A stretch of DNA of 64,000 nucleotides from assembly GCA_045543555.1 (NCBI GenBank), contig JAZQMQ010000018.1, positions 10,985 to 74,984 on the forward strand, in the 5' to 3' direction. The stretch comes from Eubacteriales bacterium (GTDB lineage: Bacteria > Bacillota > Clostridia > Oscillospirales > CAG-272). The translations under genes and the position numbers were made by a program. Within the stretch, counting starts at the first letter, position 1. Each line of letters opens with the position of its first letter. The notes under the pieces were generated by a model. It made no database searches. It saw nothing but the letters and a program-made list of their open reading frames with translations, and was not told where the DNA came from. Below are positions 1-9,648 of the stretch, in pieces.

Positions 1-2
1 TA

Positions 3-443
3 CCGACGGTCTACACGACCGTGCGCGTGTTCTTCCTCGGTCAATTACCGGGAGAATGGTGCTTTTCAATTGCCGGTCAGCTTTCGTGGGTGAATCTCCT
101 GTACGAAATATTGAACGAGGCAATCATTTTACCGCTATTCTATTTCATTGGCATGGTTAAAGATGACAAGGATGAGTTTTCAAACCGAATCAGAATGGGA
201 ATGCTGATATCATTCGGTGTGTACGCCGTTCTTTCTGCTGTTGTCCTTGCATTTACGGAGCCATTGCTTATGCTTATGGCTGCCAATCCAAAAGGTATCG
301 AAGTATCTATACCATATATACGAATTGAGAGCATCGCATTTATCCTTTTTGCCACAAACGTATGGAGTCCTACACTGACGGGAATCGCTTTGCTGATCCG
401 CATCTTGAAAAGCGGATCTTACACCCTCATGACCAATAAGTGA
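3..443 (+). pseudogene. MATE/MOP-superfamily efflux transporter fragment; open from the left edge and ends after about 145 aa
   Basis: The translation ...TEPLLMLMAANPKGIEVSIPYIRIESIAFILF... resembles the TM3-TM5 region of MATE transporters, which are normally about 450 aa. The reading frame is open back to position 3 and stops at 443, with no continuation downstream. Confidence 0.4.
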
Positions 444-611
444 AATTTGCTCCTGAACGGCTTGGCTGATCGGGAGCTTTTTGATATTGATTTATTCTTA
501 AGAAAATTGAAAATTATATTGTTTTATTTTGAGAGAAATGATATAATGACTTTATAAACGGTTTGCTTTTGTTATTGCCGATTTTTGTGGTTGTATGGGA
601 GGATATAGCTT

Positions 612-1049
612 ATGGAACAGTCGCTTTTCTTCGGCAACGCCGCTTGGATCGGGAAAAAGGAAAGAACGCCCAAAACTTTTACCGTTATTCGCGGTCACTT
701 TGATGTGAGTAAAGCCGAAAAAAACGCTCAATATTCTCGAACTTGGATTTTTTTAAGTGCTATATAAACGGTAAATGTATCATCCCGACACTTTTCTGCC
801 CATTTCATCAGATTTTGAAGCTACCTGCGATTCCTGTGATGAGATCATATCGGTCACAGAGTGTGCGTTCCGAGCTTCGATATAACTCCGTTCGTTAAGC
901 TCGGAGATAATGTTATCGCAGTTCATTTCGGTGGCGGTTGGTACACCCACAGTGAAAGAATATTCGGACTTCCCAAGGCAATCTTCCGTATTAATTCCCT
1001 CGAGCGCGAGCTTAACGAGGGTAAAAACGAGTTTTTTGTTGCAGAGTAA
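612..1049 (+). pseudogene. Alpha-L-rhamnosidase-like (GH78-type N-terminal domain) relic with multiple frameshifts
   Basis: Three frames carry consecutive pieces: MEQSLFFGNAAWIGKK...TFTVIRGHFDV, then LGFFKCYINGKCI, then DITPFVKLGDNVIAVHFGGGWY. The last piece is the typical rhamnosidase N-domain motif. Only about 145 aa remain. Confidence 0.55.
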
Positions 1050-1088
1050 AGGGCACTTTTAAGAAAAATATTAATGAGGAGTACTACC

Positions 1089-2096
1089 ATGGAATACAGA
1101 GTATTAGGAAAAACAGGTCTTAAAATATCCAGATTGGGCTTTGGAGGAATTCCGATTCAGAAAATTGATGCCGAGGGAACAAGAAAGCTGATTTTTGAAA
1201 TGATAAATGAGGGTATCAATTATATTGATACCGCTCGTGGATATACGGTTAGTGAAGAATACCTCGGATATGCCCTTGAGGGCGTCAGGGATAAGTTTAT
1301 TCTTGCTACAAAGAGTATGGCGCGCACAAAAGACGGTATGGAAAAGGATATCGACATAAGCCTTAAAAATCTTCGCACAGATTATATAGACCTCTATCAA
1401 GTACATAATCCCGGCGCAAAGGATCTTGAGCAGGTAATGGCCCCGGGCGGAGCTCTTGAGGCTCTTTATGAAGCCAAAAAGGCGGGAAAGATAGGTCATA
1501 TCGGCATTACGCTTCATTCTGTCGATCTTTTCAAAGAGGCTGTGGAGCTTCCGTGGGTAGAAACAATAATGTTCCCGTACAACATTGTCGAGACACAGGG
1601 AGAGGCGCTTATAAAAAGGTGCGAGGAAAATAATATCGGATTTATCTGCATGAAGCCTCTTGCTGGCGGCGCCATTGACGATGCCCCCGTCGCTTTGCGA
1701 TACGTTCTTAGCAATCCCGCTGTAACCGTGGTTATTCCCGGTATGGCTGACGTAGCGGAGATCAAGCAAAACGTGTCGGCAACCTCCGATATATCTCCGC
1801 TCAGTACAGAGGAACTTGAAAAAATAGCAAAAATTAAGAATTTTCTCGGCACAAATTTCTGCAGGCGCTGTAATTATTGCGCTCCCTGTACTGTCGGGAT
1901 CAATATTCCTGCGGTATTTTTGTTCGAGGGATATTACAGCCGCTACGATCTGAAGGAATGGGCAAGTAATAGGTATTCGACCTTGTCAAAAACGGCATCC
2001 GATTGTGTTGGATGCGGGGTATGCGAGAGCCGTTGCCCCTACGATCTCCCGATTCGCGAGATGTTGAAAAAAACCGCTGAGGTAATGGGTAAATAA
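1089..2096 (+). CDS. Aldo/keto reductase with a C-terminal 4Fe-4S ferredoxin-type Cys motif
   Basis: MEYRVLGKTGLKISRLGFGG...DTARGY...LYQVHNP are AKR hallmarks. The C-terminus has CRRCNYCAPC...CVGCGVCESRCP. GAGGAG lies 8 nt upstream of the ATG at 1089. Confidence 0.85.
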   Translation: MEYRVLGKTGLKISRLGFGGIPIQKIDAEGTRKLIFEMINEGINYIDTARGYTVSEEYLGYALEGVRDKFILATKSMARTKDGMEKDIDISLKNLRTDYIDLYQVHNPGAKDLEQVMAPGGALEALYEAKKAGKIGHIGITLHSVDLFKEAVELPWVETIMFPYNIVETQGEALIKRCEENNIGFICMKPLAGGAIDDAPVALRYVLSNPAVTVVIPGMADVAEIKQNVSATSDISPLSTEELEKIAKIKNFLGTNFCRRCNYCAPCTVGINIPAVFLFEGYYSRYDLKEWASNRYSTLSKTASDCVGCGVCESRCPYDLPIREMLKKTAEVMGK

Positions 2097-2111
2097 TTAT
2101 CAAAATTTCGC

Positions 2112-2957
2112 ATGGATAAATTTGACTTGACGGAAAACAAAATGAGCAACATTAAAGAAATAACGGATTTTCTTTCCCCGGAGCTTGACGTATATGCAAG
2201 GCTCAGCGAGGTTCAGCTACTGAATAACGAATTCCCCGAAAAGGGAATGTTTATTGCAGAAAGCCCGAAGGTTATTGAACGTGCCCTTGACGCAGGGTAC
2301 GAGGCGGTTTCCTGTCTTATGGAGAAAAAGCACGTTGACGGAGAAGGTAAGCGTATTCTTGACAGAATCGGCGACGTGACGATATTTGTCGCGGAATTTG
2401 ACGTTTTGACGCAGCTTACGGGCTTTAAGCTTACAAGAGGTATGCTTTGTGCAATGAGGCGTAAAAAACTGCCGTCAGTTTATGAGGTGTGCCAAAACAA
2501 AAGCAGAATAGTAATTCTCGATAAGGTTATGAACCCGACTAACGTTGGAGCTATAATACGCTCCGCCGCGGCGCTTGGAATGGACGCAGTCCTTCTTACC
2601 CCGGGATGCTCTGATCCTTTATACAGACGTGCGGCAAGAGTTAGTATGGGCACTGTTTTTCAGATTGATTGGACGTTTTTGCCCGACAACAGCCTCGATG
2701 AAATAAAGGCTCTCGGGTATAAAACGGTAGCTATGGCGCTGAAGGACGATTCGGTGTCGATAGACGATGGAAGGCTTATAGCGGAAGACAAGCTTGCAGT
2801 TGTTATGGGGACCGAGGGTGACGGTCTTTCCGATAAAACCATCGCGGACTGCGATTATACCGTTAAAATCCCCATGTATCACGGGGTGGATTCGCTTAAC
2901 GTTGCAGCCGCATCGGCGGTGGCGTTCTATCAGCTTTGCAAAAAAGCGCAGCCATAA
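2112..2957 (+). CDS. TrmH/SpoU-family RNA 2'-O-methyltransferase
   Basis: SpoU methylase motifs are present: NPTNVGAIIRSAAALG, VMGTEGDGLS, IPMYHGVDSLNVAAASAV. Confidence 0.85.
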   Translation: MDKFDLTENKMSNIKEITDFLSPELDVYARLSEVQLLNNEFPEKGMFIAESPKVIERALDAGYEAVSCLMEKKHVDGEGKRILDRIGDVTIFVAEFDVLTQLTGFKLTRGMLCAMRRKKLPSVYEVCQNKSRIVILDKVMNPTNVGAIIRSAAALGMDAVLLTPGCSDPLYRRAARVSMGTVFQIDWTFLPDNSLDEIKALGYKTVAMALKDDSVSIDDGRLIAEDKLAVVMGTEGDGLSDKTIADCDYTVKIPMYHGVDSLNVAAASAVAFYQLCKKAQP

Positions 2958-2971
2958 GGCGCGGTGATGAA

Positions 2972-3109
2972 ATGAAGAATAAAAAGGCTTCGGACTTTGT
3001 GATTTTGGATCAGTCAAACGCCGTTGGGCACGGGATTCCCATGCTTGAAAATATGCATTATATAAACGGTGTGTTCTCGGGGCTTGAAAGAGAAAGGGAA
3101 GTGATCTGA
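2972..3109 (+). pseudogene. Short relic resembling the N-terminus of a sialate O-acetylesterase/SGNH-type esterase
   Basis: A 45-aa ORF, MKNKKASDFVILDQSNAVGHGIPMLEN..., resembles the LAGQSNMxGRG block. It has no continuation. Confidence 0.25.
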
Positions 3110-3360
3110 GTGTATCCAAGACAAATAATCTTAAACCAATAAAGGAGAATTACAATGAATTCGAAGGCCAAAGACTGTTGTCTCTTATGAATAAAAACGT
3201 AGCCATAGGATATGAGGCTGCAAATCATTATTATTTCTCAAAGGGGCAAATCGTAGAGAAAATCGTTAACTGCGAATATCTGATAGATGTTTTCAGGAGA
3301 AAAATTGTCGCTCCCTCTCGATGACCGCTGACGAGTGTTCGAACAATTAAGGAGTTATGT

Positions 3361-3885
3361 ATGAATAAAATACTGATAGTTGTAGATATGCAAAAGGATT
3401 TCGTCGACGGTGCTCTCGGAACGAGAGAGGCGGTTTCGATCGTTGATAACGTTGTCGGCAAAATTGAGAGCTTTAAAGGTGATGTGATCGTTACGTACGA
3501 TACCCATAATGAAAACTATATGGAGACTATGGAGGGCAAAAATCTTCCCATTCCCCATTGTATCAAGGGTACTGACGGCTGGAAACTTGATTTGAAGGTG
3601 CAGGAGGCTCTGAACAAAAGGGAATATAAGACGATAGAAAAGCCCACCTTCGGTTCAACCGAGCTTGTTCGTTACATCAAGGAAAAATACGGCAAAAATG
3701 ATCTCGATATTGAGCTTGTTGGCTTGTGCACCGATATATGTGTCGTTTCAAATGCGCTTCTTTTAAAGGCAGATTTTCTTGATGCCAAAATCAGCGTTGA
3801 TTCTACCTGTTGCGCGGGAGTGACCGTTGACAGCCACAGCGCTGCACTTACTACAATGAAAATGTGTCAGATAGACGTAAGGTAA
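3361..3885 (+). CDS. Isochorismatase-family cysteine hydrolase (nicotinamidase-like)
   Basis: ILIVVDMQKDFVDGALG, and the catalytic Cys context LVGLCTDICV. Confidence 0.8.
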   Translation: MNKILIVVDMQKDFVDGALGTREAVSIVDNVVGKIESFKGDVIVTYDTHNENYMETMEGKNLPIPHCIKGTDGWKLDLKVQEALNKREYKTIEKPTFGSTELVRYIKEKYGKNDLDIELVGLCTDICVVSNALLLKADFLDAKISVDSTCCAGVTVDSHSAALTTMKMCQIDVR

Positions 3886-4371
3886 AACAGCAAGCAAATA
3901 TGCAAATGGAATCTGGAATTGATACGGGCGACCAATGGTCGCCCGTCTTTTATTTTTATGATATTTTTTGATATACAAGATAGCATATCCAATATATTGC
4001 ACGAGAAGTGCAACGGAATACGATATCCAAGCGGAAATTCGGGTTAAGCCTATAAGTGATAATTCAATAACGGTAAGGCATGCGAGGACAATGTAAATTG
4101 TAAATGCCATGCTTCTCGCCTTGTGAACGATCGAGATGTTTCTTTCGTCTGTTTCCGCGATCTCCTGCCTTTTAAGTGTCTCCTCGTTTCTTGTTATAAG
4201 GCGGTGGTTTCTTATACGGACAAGTCCCATAACGATCATTGCAAAGCCCAATGCGGAGATAAAACTGTTTTCGGTGTTGATTATGAGTTCGCAAACAATT
4301 ATTGCTATGCCGAGAATTATATATACAATACCAACGTATAGCCTGGTTTTAAGTCTCTTTTTAAAATCCAT
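3763..4371 (-). CDS. Four-TM membrane protein partnered with the XRE regulator; its C-terminal roughly 60 aa are probably spurious read-through
   Basis: The start overlaps the XRE stop (TAATG). Four hydrophobic helices are followed by KKYHKNK. The ORF then runs through the convergent terminator hairpin and 123 nt of the hydrolase gene. Confidence 0.6.
   Translation of the reverse strand: MDFKKRLKTRLYVGIVYIILGIAIIVCELIINTENSFISALGFAMIVMGLVRIRNHRLITRNEETLKRQEIAETDERNISIVHKARSMAFTIYIVLACLTVIELSLIGLTRISAWISYSVALLVQYIGYAILYIKKYHKNKRRATIGRPYQFQIPFAYLLAVLPYVYLTHFHCSKCSAVAVNGHSRATGRINADFGIKKICL
3924..3957 (+). terminator. Rho-independent terminator after the hydrolase gene
   Basis: A 10-bp GC-rich stem, acgggcgacc/ggtcgcccgt, has a 3-nt loop and is followed by cttttattttt. 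Confidence 0.8.
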
Positions 4372-4571
4372 TACATATCCTCCTCAAAAATAAATACGTT
4401 CTCGATCGTAAGATCAAAATATACCGAAATTTTGTGAGCGAGCTGAATCGATGCATTATATTTTCCGTTTTCAAGTGAAATGATCGTCTGTCTCGTCACA
4501 CCTACCGCCACCGCAAGCTCATTTTGCGTAACCTTTTTCTCCTTACGTAGTTCTTTTATTCTGTTTTCCAA
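4371..4571 (-). CDS. XRE-family helix-turn-helix transcriptional regulator (66 aa)
   Basis: MENRIKELRKEKKVTQNELAVAVGVTRQTIISLENGKYNASIQLAHKIS is a classic HTH_3 domain. Confidence 0.9.
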   Translation of the reverse strand: MENRIKELRKEKKVTQNELAVAVGVTRQTIISLENGKYNASIQLAHKISVYFDLTIENVFIFEEDM

Positions 4572-4715
4572 ATTTTCACCTCCATAATACGTAAAGTACG
4601 CTTTACATTTTGATTGTAGCAGACAAATTCCAAAATGTTAAGTGTGCTTTATAAAAAATATCCCACCGTAACAAAAAAGTTGCGATGAGATATTTTTATA
4701 TCTGTATGTGTAACT

Positions 4716-6152
4716 TTATAAGCTTTTACGAAGCCCCTTGGGATAATGGTTTTTCATGATACAGTCACTTGCCTTGCCCCATCCGATAGGGAATCCGTCG
4801 ACGGTTACCACGTGCCAGCCCCTTTCATTACCGCAGGGAAGAGTGTCGCCATGTATGTAGGCTGTGGCGGTGACTACGTCTATGTTGAAGACTTTTTTCA
4901 GCTTATTTACATTCAAAGCAAGTGCGAGAGCGTGGGAAGGCTCAAAACGGTTTCCGCCCACGATGCTTCCCAGGTGCAAGCCTCCGCGCAGAATTTTAAG
5001 TCCATTTGTATTTGACGTCATTTCCTTTAGAGTCAGATATAGCTGTTCACCGTAAAGGCAGGGAATACCGTTAAATTTTTCATCGGTTACGTCTGAGATG
5101 AACTTCTCAAAAAGCTTATAGGCGTTTTCGGGAGTTAAAACGTTACTACCGCGCTTGTTATTGACCTTTTTTCTGTCGTCGGAGCGTTTTTTTAACGAAG
5201 GAAATGATGCGTCGGGTGATTTGTGCAGAAGTGCGGCAAAATGTCCCTCTCCATCGGCGTGATGTGGGAATAACCTCACCGTTTTTCTTATCTGATCGGC
5301 ATATTCGCCGCAATCACCGATAAATGATGGATTGCCGCGGTCTATAATTCCGTTTTTTATGCACTCCAGCACCGCGGGATTTTGTGGCTCAACTACCTCA
5401 AACTCAGGGTGCGCGATCAGAAAATCGAGAATGACTCGCTCGTTTTCTTCGGGTGCAAAGGTGCAGGTGGAATAGGTAAGATATCCGTCGGGGGCGAGCA
5501 TTTTCGCTGCCGATTCTAAAATATCCTTCTGTCTTGCGGCGCACAGGTCAACGTTATCCTGACTCCACATGGTAAGTGCCTGCTCCTCTTTGCGAAACAT
5601 ACCCTCGCCTGAACAGGGCGCGTCAACAACTATCTTGTCAAAGAAGGCGGGAAAGTGCTGAGCCAATTCGCTTGGAGCGTGATTGGTCACAACTGCGTTT
5701 GATATACCCATTCTCTCAACATTTTGCGAGAGAATAGAGGCTCTTTGAGGATGTATCTCGTTTGCAACGAGAATTCCCTCTCCGCGAAGCGCCGCCGCAA
5801 GCTGAGTGGTCTTTCCGCCGGGTGCTGCACAAAGGTCGAGGACCTTATCGTTCTCTTGTGGTGGGAAAAGGGAAGCGGGTATCATTGCACTCGCCTCCTG
5901 AATGTAGTAGACGCCCGCCTCGTGATATGGGTGCTTGCCGGGACGTACGTCTGATTCGGGGTCGTAATAATACCCGTTTTCCGCCCACGGCACAGATTCC
6001 CTTATGAAGTCAAGCAGGGGCGTATTTATATTTTTCATTGGATTAAGCCTAAGCGCAGGCGTCGTCGGGCGGTCATACGACGCAATAAATGTATCGTATT
6101 CACAACCGAGCATGGCTTTCATTCGCGTTTCAAAAGCTTCGGGCAATTTCAT
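4716..6152 (-). CDS. RsmB/RsmF-family rRNA cytosine-C5 methyltransferase
   Basis: The SAM-binding motif DLCAAPGGKT and the catalytic motifs DAPCSGEGMFRK and TYSTCT are present. There is a C-terminal PUA-like extension. Confidence 0.85.
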   Translation of the reverse strand: MKLPEAFETRMKAMLGCEYDTFIASYDRPTTPALRLNPMKNINTPLLDFIRESVPWAENGYYYDPESDVRPGKHPYHEAGVYYIQEASAMIPASLFPPQENDKVLDLCAAPGGKTTQLAAALRGEGILVANEIHPQRASILSQNVERMGISNAVVTNHAPSELAQHFPAFFDKIVVDAPCSGEGMFRKEEQALTMWSQDNVDLCAARQKDILESAAKMLAPDGYLTYSTCTFAPEENERVILDFLIAHPEFEVVEPQNPAVLECIKNGIIDRGNPSFIGDCGEYADQIRKTVRLFPHHADGEGHFAALLHKSPDASFPSLKKRSDDRKKVNNKRGSNVLTPENAYKLFEKFISDVTDEKFNGIPCLYGEQLYLTLKEMTSNTNGLKILRGGLHLGSIVGGNRFEPSHALALALNVNKLKKVFNIDVVTATAYIHGDTLPCGNERGWHVVTVDGFPIGWGKASDCIMKNHYPKGLRKSL

Positions 6153-6219
6153 GGTGTTTCTCCTGAAATGATTTCTTAGGTATTATAATAAAAAATCTTG
6201 AAATCGCAATACGTTGCAG

Positions 6220-6927
6220 TTATAAACTTCGATATTTCGAAGGAATGACTCCAATATATCGCTTAAACATCTTCGCAAAGAATGAAAAGCTGTCAAAACC
6301 GCACATTGACGCTGTTTCCGCAACACGGTGTCCTTCGGCAAGATATTCCGAAGCCTTCATGCATCGGTAACGGTTAAGATTTTCAAAAACGGTTTGTCCC
6401 GTAATTTTTTGAAATCCTTGCAGAGAGTATATTTATCGCAAAGAACAGCCCTTGCAACGTCGCTTAGGGTTATTTTTTGCATATAATTGCTTCTTATGTA
6501 GCTGATTGCAAGCGTTATTCTTTCATAAGCGTTGCCTTTGATCGTGTGCTTTTGATCTTGTGATATGTGATTATCCAACAGCGATGTCATAATATCAAGA
6601 AGCAGCTTATTAAGCTTTGCCGTTCTGTGCGGAATTGAAGCATCAAGGTATGTTTGCTTAAGCGCTGAATTGTTTTCTTTGCTTAAATTAACGGAACTCT
6701 TGCTATATCGGTGTTCAAAACAAAAGGTAAGTCGCTTTTTAAGTACTCATATTCCTCGTGCCGTGTGCTGAGCATATTATCCTTATGTAATATAGTGCTG
6801 ATTTCAACCAATATATTAGTTGAAGCAGATCATATTTATCAATATAATGATTATATAGCAAAACTGACACATTGTCAATCGGGAGTTCAAATGATTCATA
6901 CAGCACAAATATTCGGACTTGGCGCAA
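6220..6927 (-). pseudogene. AraC-family regulator with multiple frameshifts
   Basis: The HTH region is split. ...ITLSDVARAVLCDKYTLCKDFKKL runs into a stop, and the next frame continues FENLNRYRCMKASEYLAEGHRVAETASMCGFDSFSFFAKMFKRYIGVIPSKYRSL. That shift sits in an A-run near 6400. The N-terminal domain is spread over two more frames. Confidence 0.7.
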
Positions 6928-7516
6928 CGATGTGTCTTTACCTTATCTATCAGCAAAAACAAGAAAACGCATGCTGATATTCAAGCTGCTTGCCGATATT
7001 TCTTGGGTGTTACATTATTTTTGTCTTGGCTGAATTGCGGGAATGATACCGAATTCCGTCTGTATATTCAAAGAGCTTGTATTCATAAACAGAAAAGACA
7101 AAAAATTGGCTGCGCTGAAAATTTGGCCCGTAGTCTTCATATTTGTAAATTGGATCCTTTACTTTGTCAGACAAAACGACGGTAACAAATGCGGTTTCCT
7201 GACTGTATATGATATCAAGGAAAACACTTGGAATAAGCCCGTCGAGATCGAGGATTGCCAATCCAGAGGAGATTTCATCGTTTATAAGGGTGATCTGTAT
7301 CTGTTCCATGCACCAATAGACCGCGAGCATATCGGAATCGTGAAAATAAATACCGACGATATCTCAAAAATCGAGGTCGTATTGCAGGCGAAGATGCAGA
7401 CAAGCTGCTTTTATCCATTCGTGCAGTATTTTGACGGTGAGCTTGCCATGTCATATACGGTAGCAAGAAAGCACATAAGACTTGCAAGGTTTGATCTTAG
7501 CAAATATATCGTATAA
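6891..7516 (+). pseudogene. Chimeric relic: a YgjV-like membrane protein N-terminus (frameshift plus in-frame TGA) joined to an unrelated beta-rich C-terminal fragment
   Basis: MIHTAQIFGLGATMCLYLIYQQKQ is followed by a frameshift, then MLIFKLLADISWVLHYFCLG, a TGA at 7031-7033, then IAGMIPNSVCIFKELVFINRKDKK.... The sequence then switches to ...FLTVYDIKENTWNKPVEIED...GDLYLFHAPIDREH.... Confidence 0.45.
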
Positions 7517-7536
7517 ATCAAATATATCGTATAAAT
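7501..7536. repeat. Perfect 18-nt tandem duplication (caaatatatcgtataaat x2) spanning the stop codon of the relic ORF
   Basis: Read directly: 7501-7518 is identical to 7519-7536. Confidence 0.95.
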
Positions 7537-7626
7537 TAATTAAATACACATCGACAAAAAATCCTCTGTATGCGTTGATGGTTGACCTGTCACGTACGGA
7601 GGATATTTTTACTTTTAAAAATATAA

Positions 7627-7660
7627 AAGTATTGACAAACCCAATACTTCGTGATATGAT
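7627..7660 (+). promoter_or_regulatory. Sigma-A promoter of the padR operon with an overlapping 8-bp inverted repeat (candidate PadR operator)
   Basis: TTGACA at 7632-7637, a 17-nt spacer, then TGnTATGAT at 7652-7660. The inverted repeat aagtattg (7627-7634) and caatactt (7642-7649) overlaps the -35. Confidence 0.6.
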
Positions 7661-7684
7661 ATATAACGTGAGAGGAGGTATGAT

Positions 7685-8032
7685 ATGGATATACAGTTAA
7701 AGCGAGGACTTCTTGACGTTTGTATCCTTTCTGCAATCAAGAACGAGGTGTCCTACGGTTACAAGATAATTAATGACGTAAAGCCATATATCGAGCTTTC
7801 GGAATCTACACTCTATACCATTTTGAAGAGACTTGAGGAGGGTAAACTCCTGACGGTGCGTACCGCAGAGCACGGTGGAAGGCTTCGAAAATATTATGAG
7901 ATCACCTCTGCGGGTAGGGAACGTATCGAGAAATTTAAGAGTGAATGGCAGGAAATACTGAATATTTACAGATTCATAACAAATGAGGGGGATGGCAATG
8001 ACCAAAAGGCAATTTATATTGGCGCTGAATGA
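7685..8032 (+). CDS. PadR-family transcriptional regulator
   Basis: LLDVCILSAIKNEVSYGYKIINDV...STLYTILKRLEEGKLL is a PadR winged helix. Confidence 0.9.
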   Translation: MDIQLKRGLLDVCILSAIKNEVSYGYKIINDVKPYIELSESTLYTILKRLEEGKLLTVRTAEHGGRLRKYYEITSAGRERIEKFKSEWQEILNIYRFITNEGDGNDQKAIYIGAE

Positions 8033-8600
8033 GAAGCTTACGGATTTGCCTAAAAAGGAAGTTGAGGGATGGCTTGATTTTTACAGCGAGATCATAGAAG
8101 ACAAGATCGAAGAGGGTCTGAGCGAAGAAGAGGCTGTAGTGGAAATTGGAGATATAGATGAAATTGCGTCGCAGATAGCAAGCGAAATTCCCCTGACAAA
8201 GTTAGTGAAGGAAAAAGTTAAGCCTAAGCGAAGACTCAGTGGTTGGGGGATCGTTCTTATAATTCTCGGAGCTCCCGTTTGGTTTTCACTTCTTATGGCG
8301 GCATTTGCGGTGATTTTTTCTGTTTATGTTTCAATATGGTCTGTCATCGTGTCGCTTTGGGCGGTAGTTGTCTCCTTAATTGCATCAGCTGTTGCAGGAG
8401 CGATACTCAGTGTAACAGGGTTTGCTGGCGGAATGGCGCTGAATGGCTTTGTAATGCTTTCTGTCGCATTGGTATGCGCAGGGCTTTCTATATTCTCATT
8501 TATCGGAAGTGTGTATTTAACAAAGGGTCTGGTAAAGCTTACTGTTTTAATGATGAGATGGCTTAAGAGGTGCTTTGCAGGAAAGGTGAGTGAGCGGTAA
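7998..8600 (+). CDS. DUF1700-type membrane protein (PadR-associated)
   Basis: MTKRQFILALNEKLTDLPKKEVEGWLDFYSEIIEDKIEEGLSEEEAV is followed by hydrophobic helices. This is the standard gene order after padR. Confidence 0.8.
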   Translation: MTKRQFILALNEKLTDLPKKEVEGWLDFYSEIIEDKIEEGLSEEEAVVEIGDIDEIASQIASEIPLTKLVKEKVKPKRRLSGWGIVLIILGAPVWFSLLMAAFAVIFSVYVSIWSVIVSLWAVVVSLIASAVAGAILSVTGFAGGMALNGFVMLSVALVCAGLSIFSFIGSVYLTKGLVKLTVLMMRWLKRCFAGKVSER

Positions 8601-9565
8601 TGAAAAAAATAACAGCCTGGCTTATTGTGGCGAGCGCGCTAATGGTTATCGGAGGACTGATCTTTGTGGGTGTTATGAACGTGTTTAATTGGGATTTTTT
8701 GAAGCTTGATGTTTCAAGGTTCGAGACCAACAATTACGTGATCACAGATGAGATAAATAATATAACCGTGGCTACAAAAACAGCAAACGTAAAATTTCTG
8801 CCGTCCGATAACGGTGAAATTAAGGTCGAATGCTATGAGAATGTTAAGGTCAAGCATACTGTTTCAAACGAAAACGGCGATCTTAAGATCACGGTCAATG
8901 ACGAAAGAAAATGGTATGACCATATAGAAATATTTTCATTCAAAACCCCGAAAATAACCGTTTATCTTCCCGAAAAAGAATACGGTGAGCTGTATATTAA
9001 GGGAAGCACAAGTAGGGTTGATATATCTGATGGACTCAAGTTTGACAGGGTGGAAACCGAAACCAGTACCGGAAGAACGACATGTCACGCAGACGTAAAA
9101 AACGTTCTGAAGATAAAAGCAACAACCGGAAAGGTTTGCGTAGAAGGCGTAAATGTCGGTTCTCTTGATATTCGGGTATCAACCGGTGACGTGAAAATCA
9201 GCTCTGTCAACTGTGAAAAGGAGTTGAACATAAGGGTAAGCACAGGAGACACGAAAATGACTTCGGTAAGATGCGAAAAAATTGCTTCAAAGGGTGATAC
9301 GGGAAGCATCGTTTTGACCGACGTGATTGCTGCGGGTATGATGAACATAAAGAGAAGTACCGGCGATGTCAAATTCGAAGGCTGCGATGCAGCTTCCCTT
9401 GAGATCAAAACCGATACGGGAGACGTTAGCGGAAATCTACTCACGGACAAGATATTCATATACCATACCAATACGGGAAGCGTAAAGCTTCCGCAGACTA
9501 CAACCGGAGGCGTGTGCAATATCGAGACAGATACGGGGGACATAAAAATATTTATTTTCAAATAA
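8600..9565 (+). CDS. DUF4097-type beta-helical putative adhesin with an N-terminal TM anchor
   Basis: Repeated STGDVK/DTGDV units occur, for example VSTGDVKISSV, VSTGDTKMTSV, RSTGDVKFEG, TDTGDVSG, TDTGDIKI. Confidence 0.8.
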   Translation: MKKITAWLIVASALMVIGGLIFVGVMNVFNWDFLKLDVSRFETNNYVITDEINNITVATKTANVKFLPSDNGEIKVECYENVKVKHTVSNENGDLKITVNDERKWYDHIEIFSFKTPKITVYLPEKEYGELYIKGSTSRVDISDGLKFDRVETETSTGRTTCHADVKNVLKIKATTGKVCVEGVNVGSLDIRVSTGDVKISSVNCEKELNIRVSTGDTKMTSVRCEKIASKGDTGSIVLTDVIAAGMMNIKRSTGDVKFEGCDAASLEIKTDTGDVSGNLLTDKIFIYHTNTGSVKLPQTTTGGVCNIETDTGDIKIFIFK

Positions 9566-9648
9566 ATGGAAAATAAATATTGAAAATAACCGCGAACTGT
9601 GGTATTATTATAGAGTAAGCGGTTATTTTTGTATTATCCGAGGTGTTT

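Noticed and set aside
3190-3325. A 45-aa ORF (MNKNVAIGYEAANHYYFSKGQIVEKIVNCEYLIDVFRRKIVAPSR) upstream of the hydrolase gene
   Set aside because: It has no RBS and no recognisable family, and it lies in a region that already contains an esterase stub. It is probably a further relic or chance ORF, and there is not enough evidence to call it.
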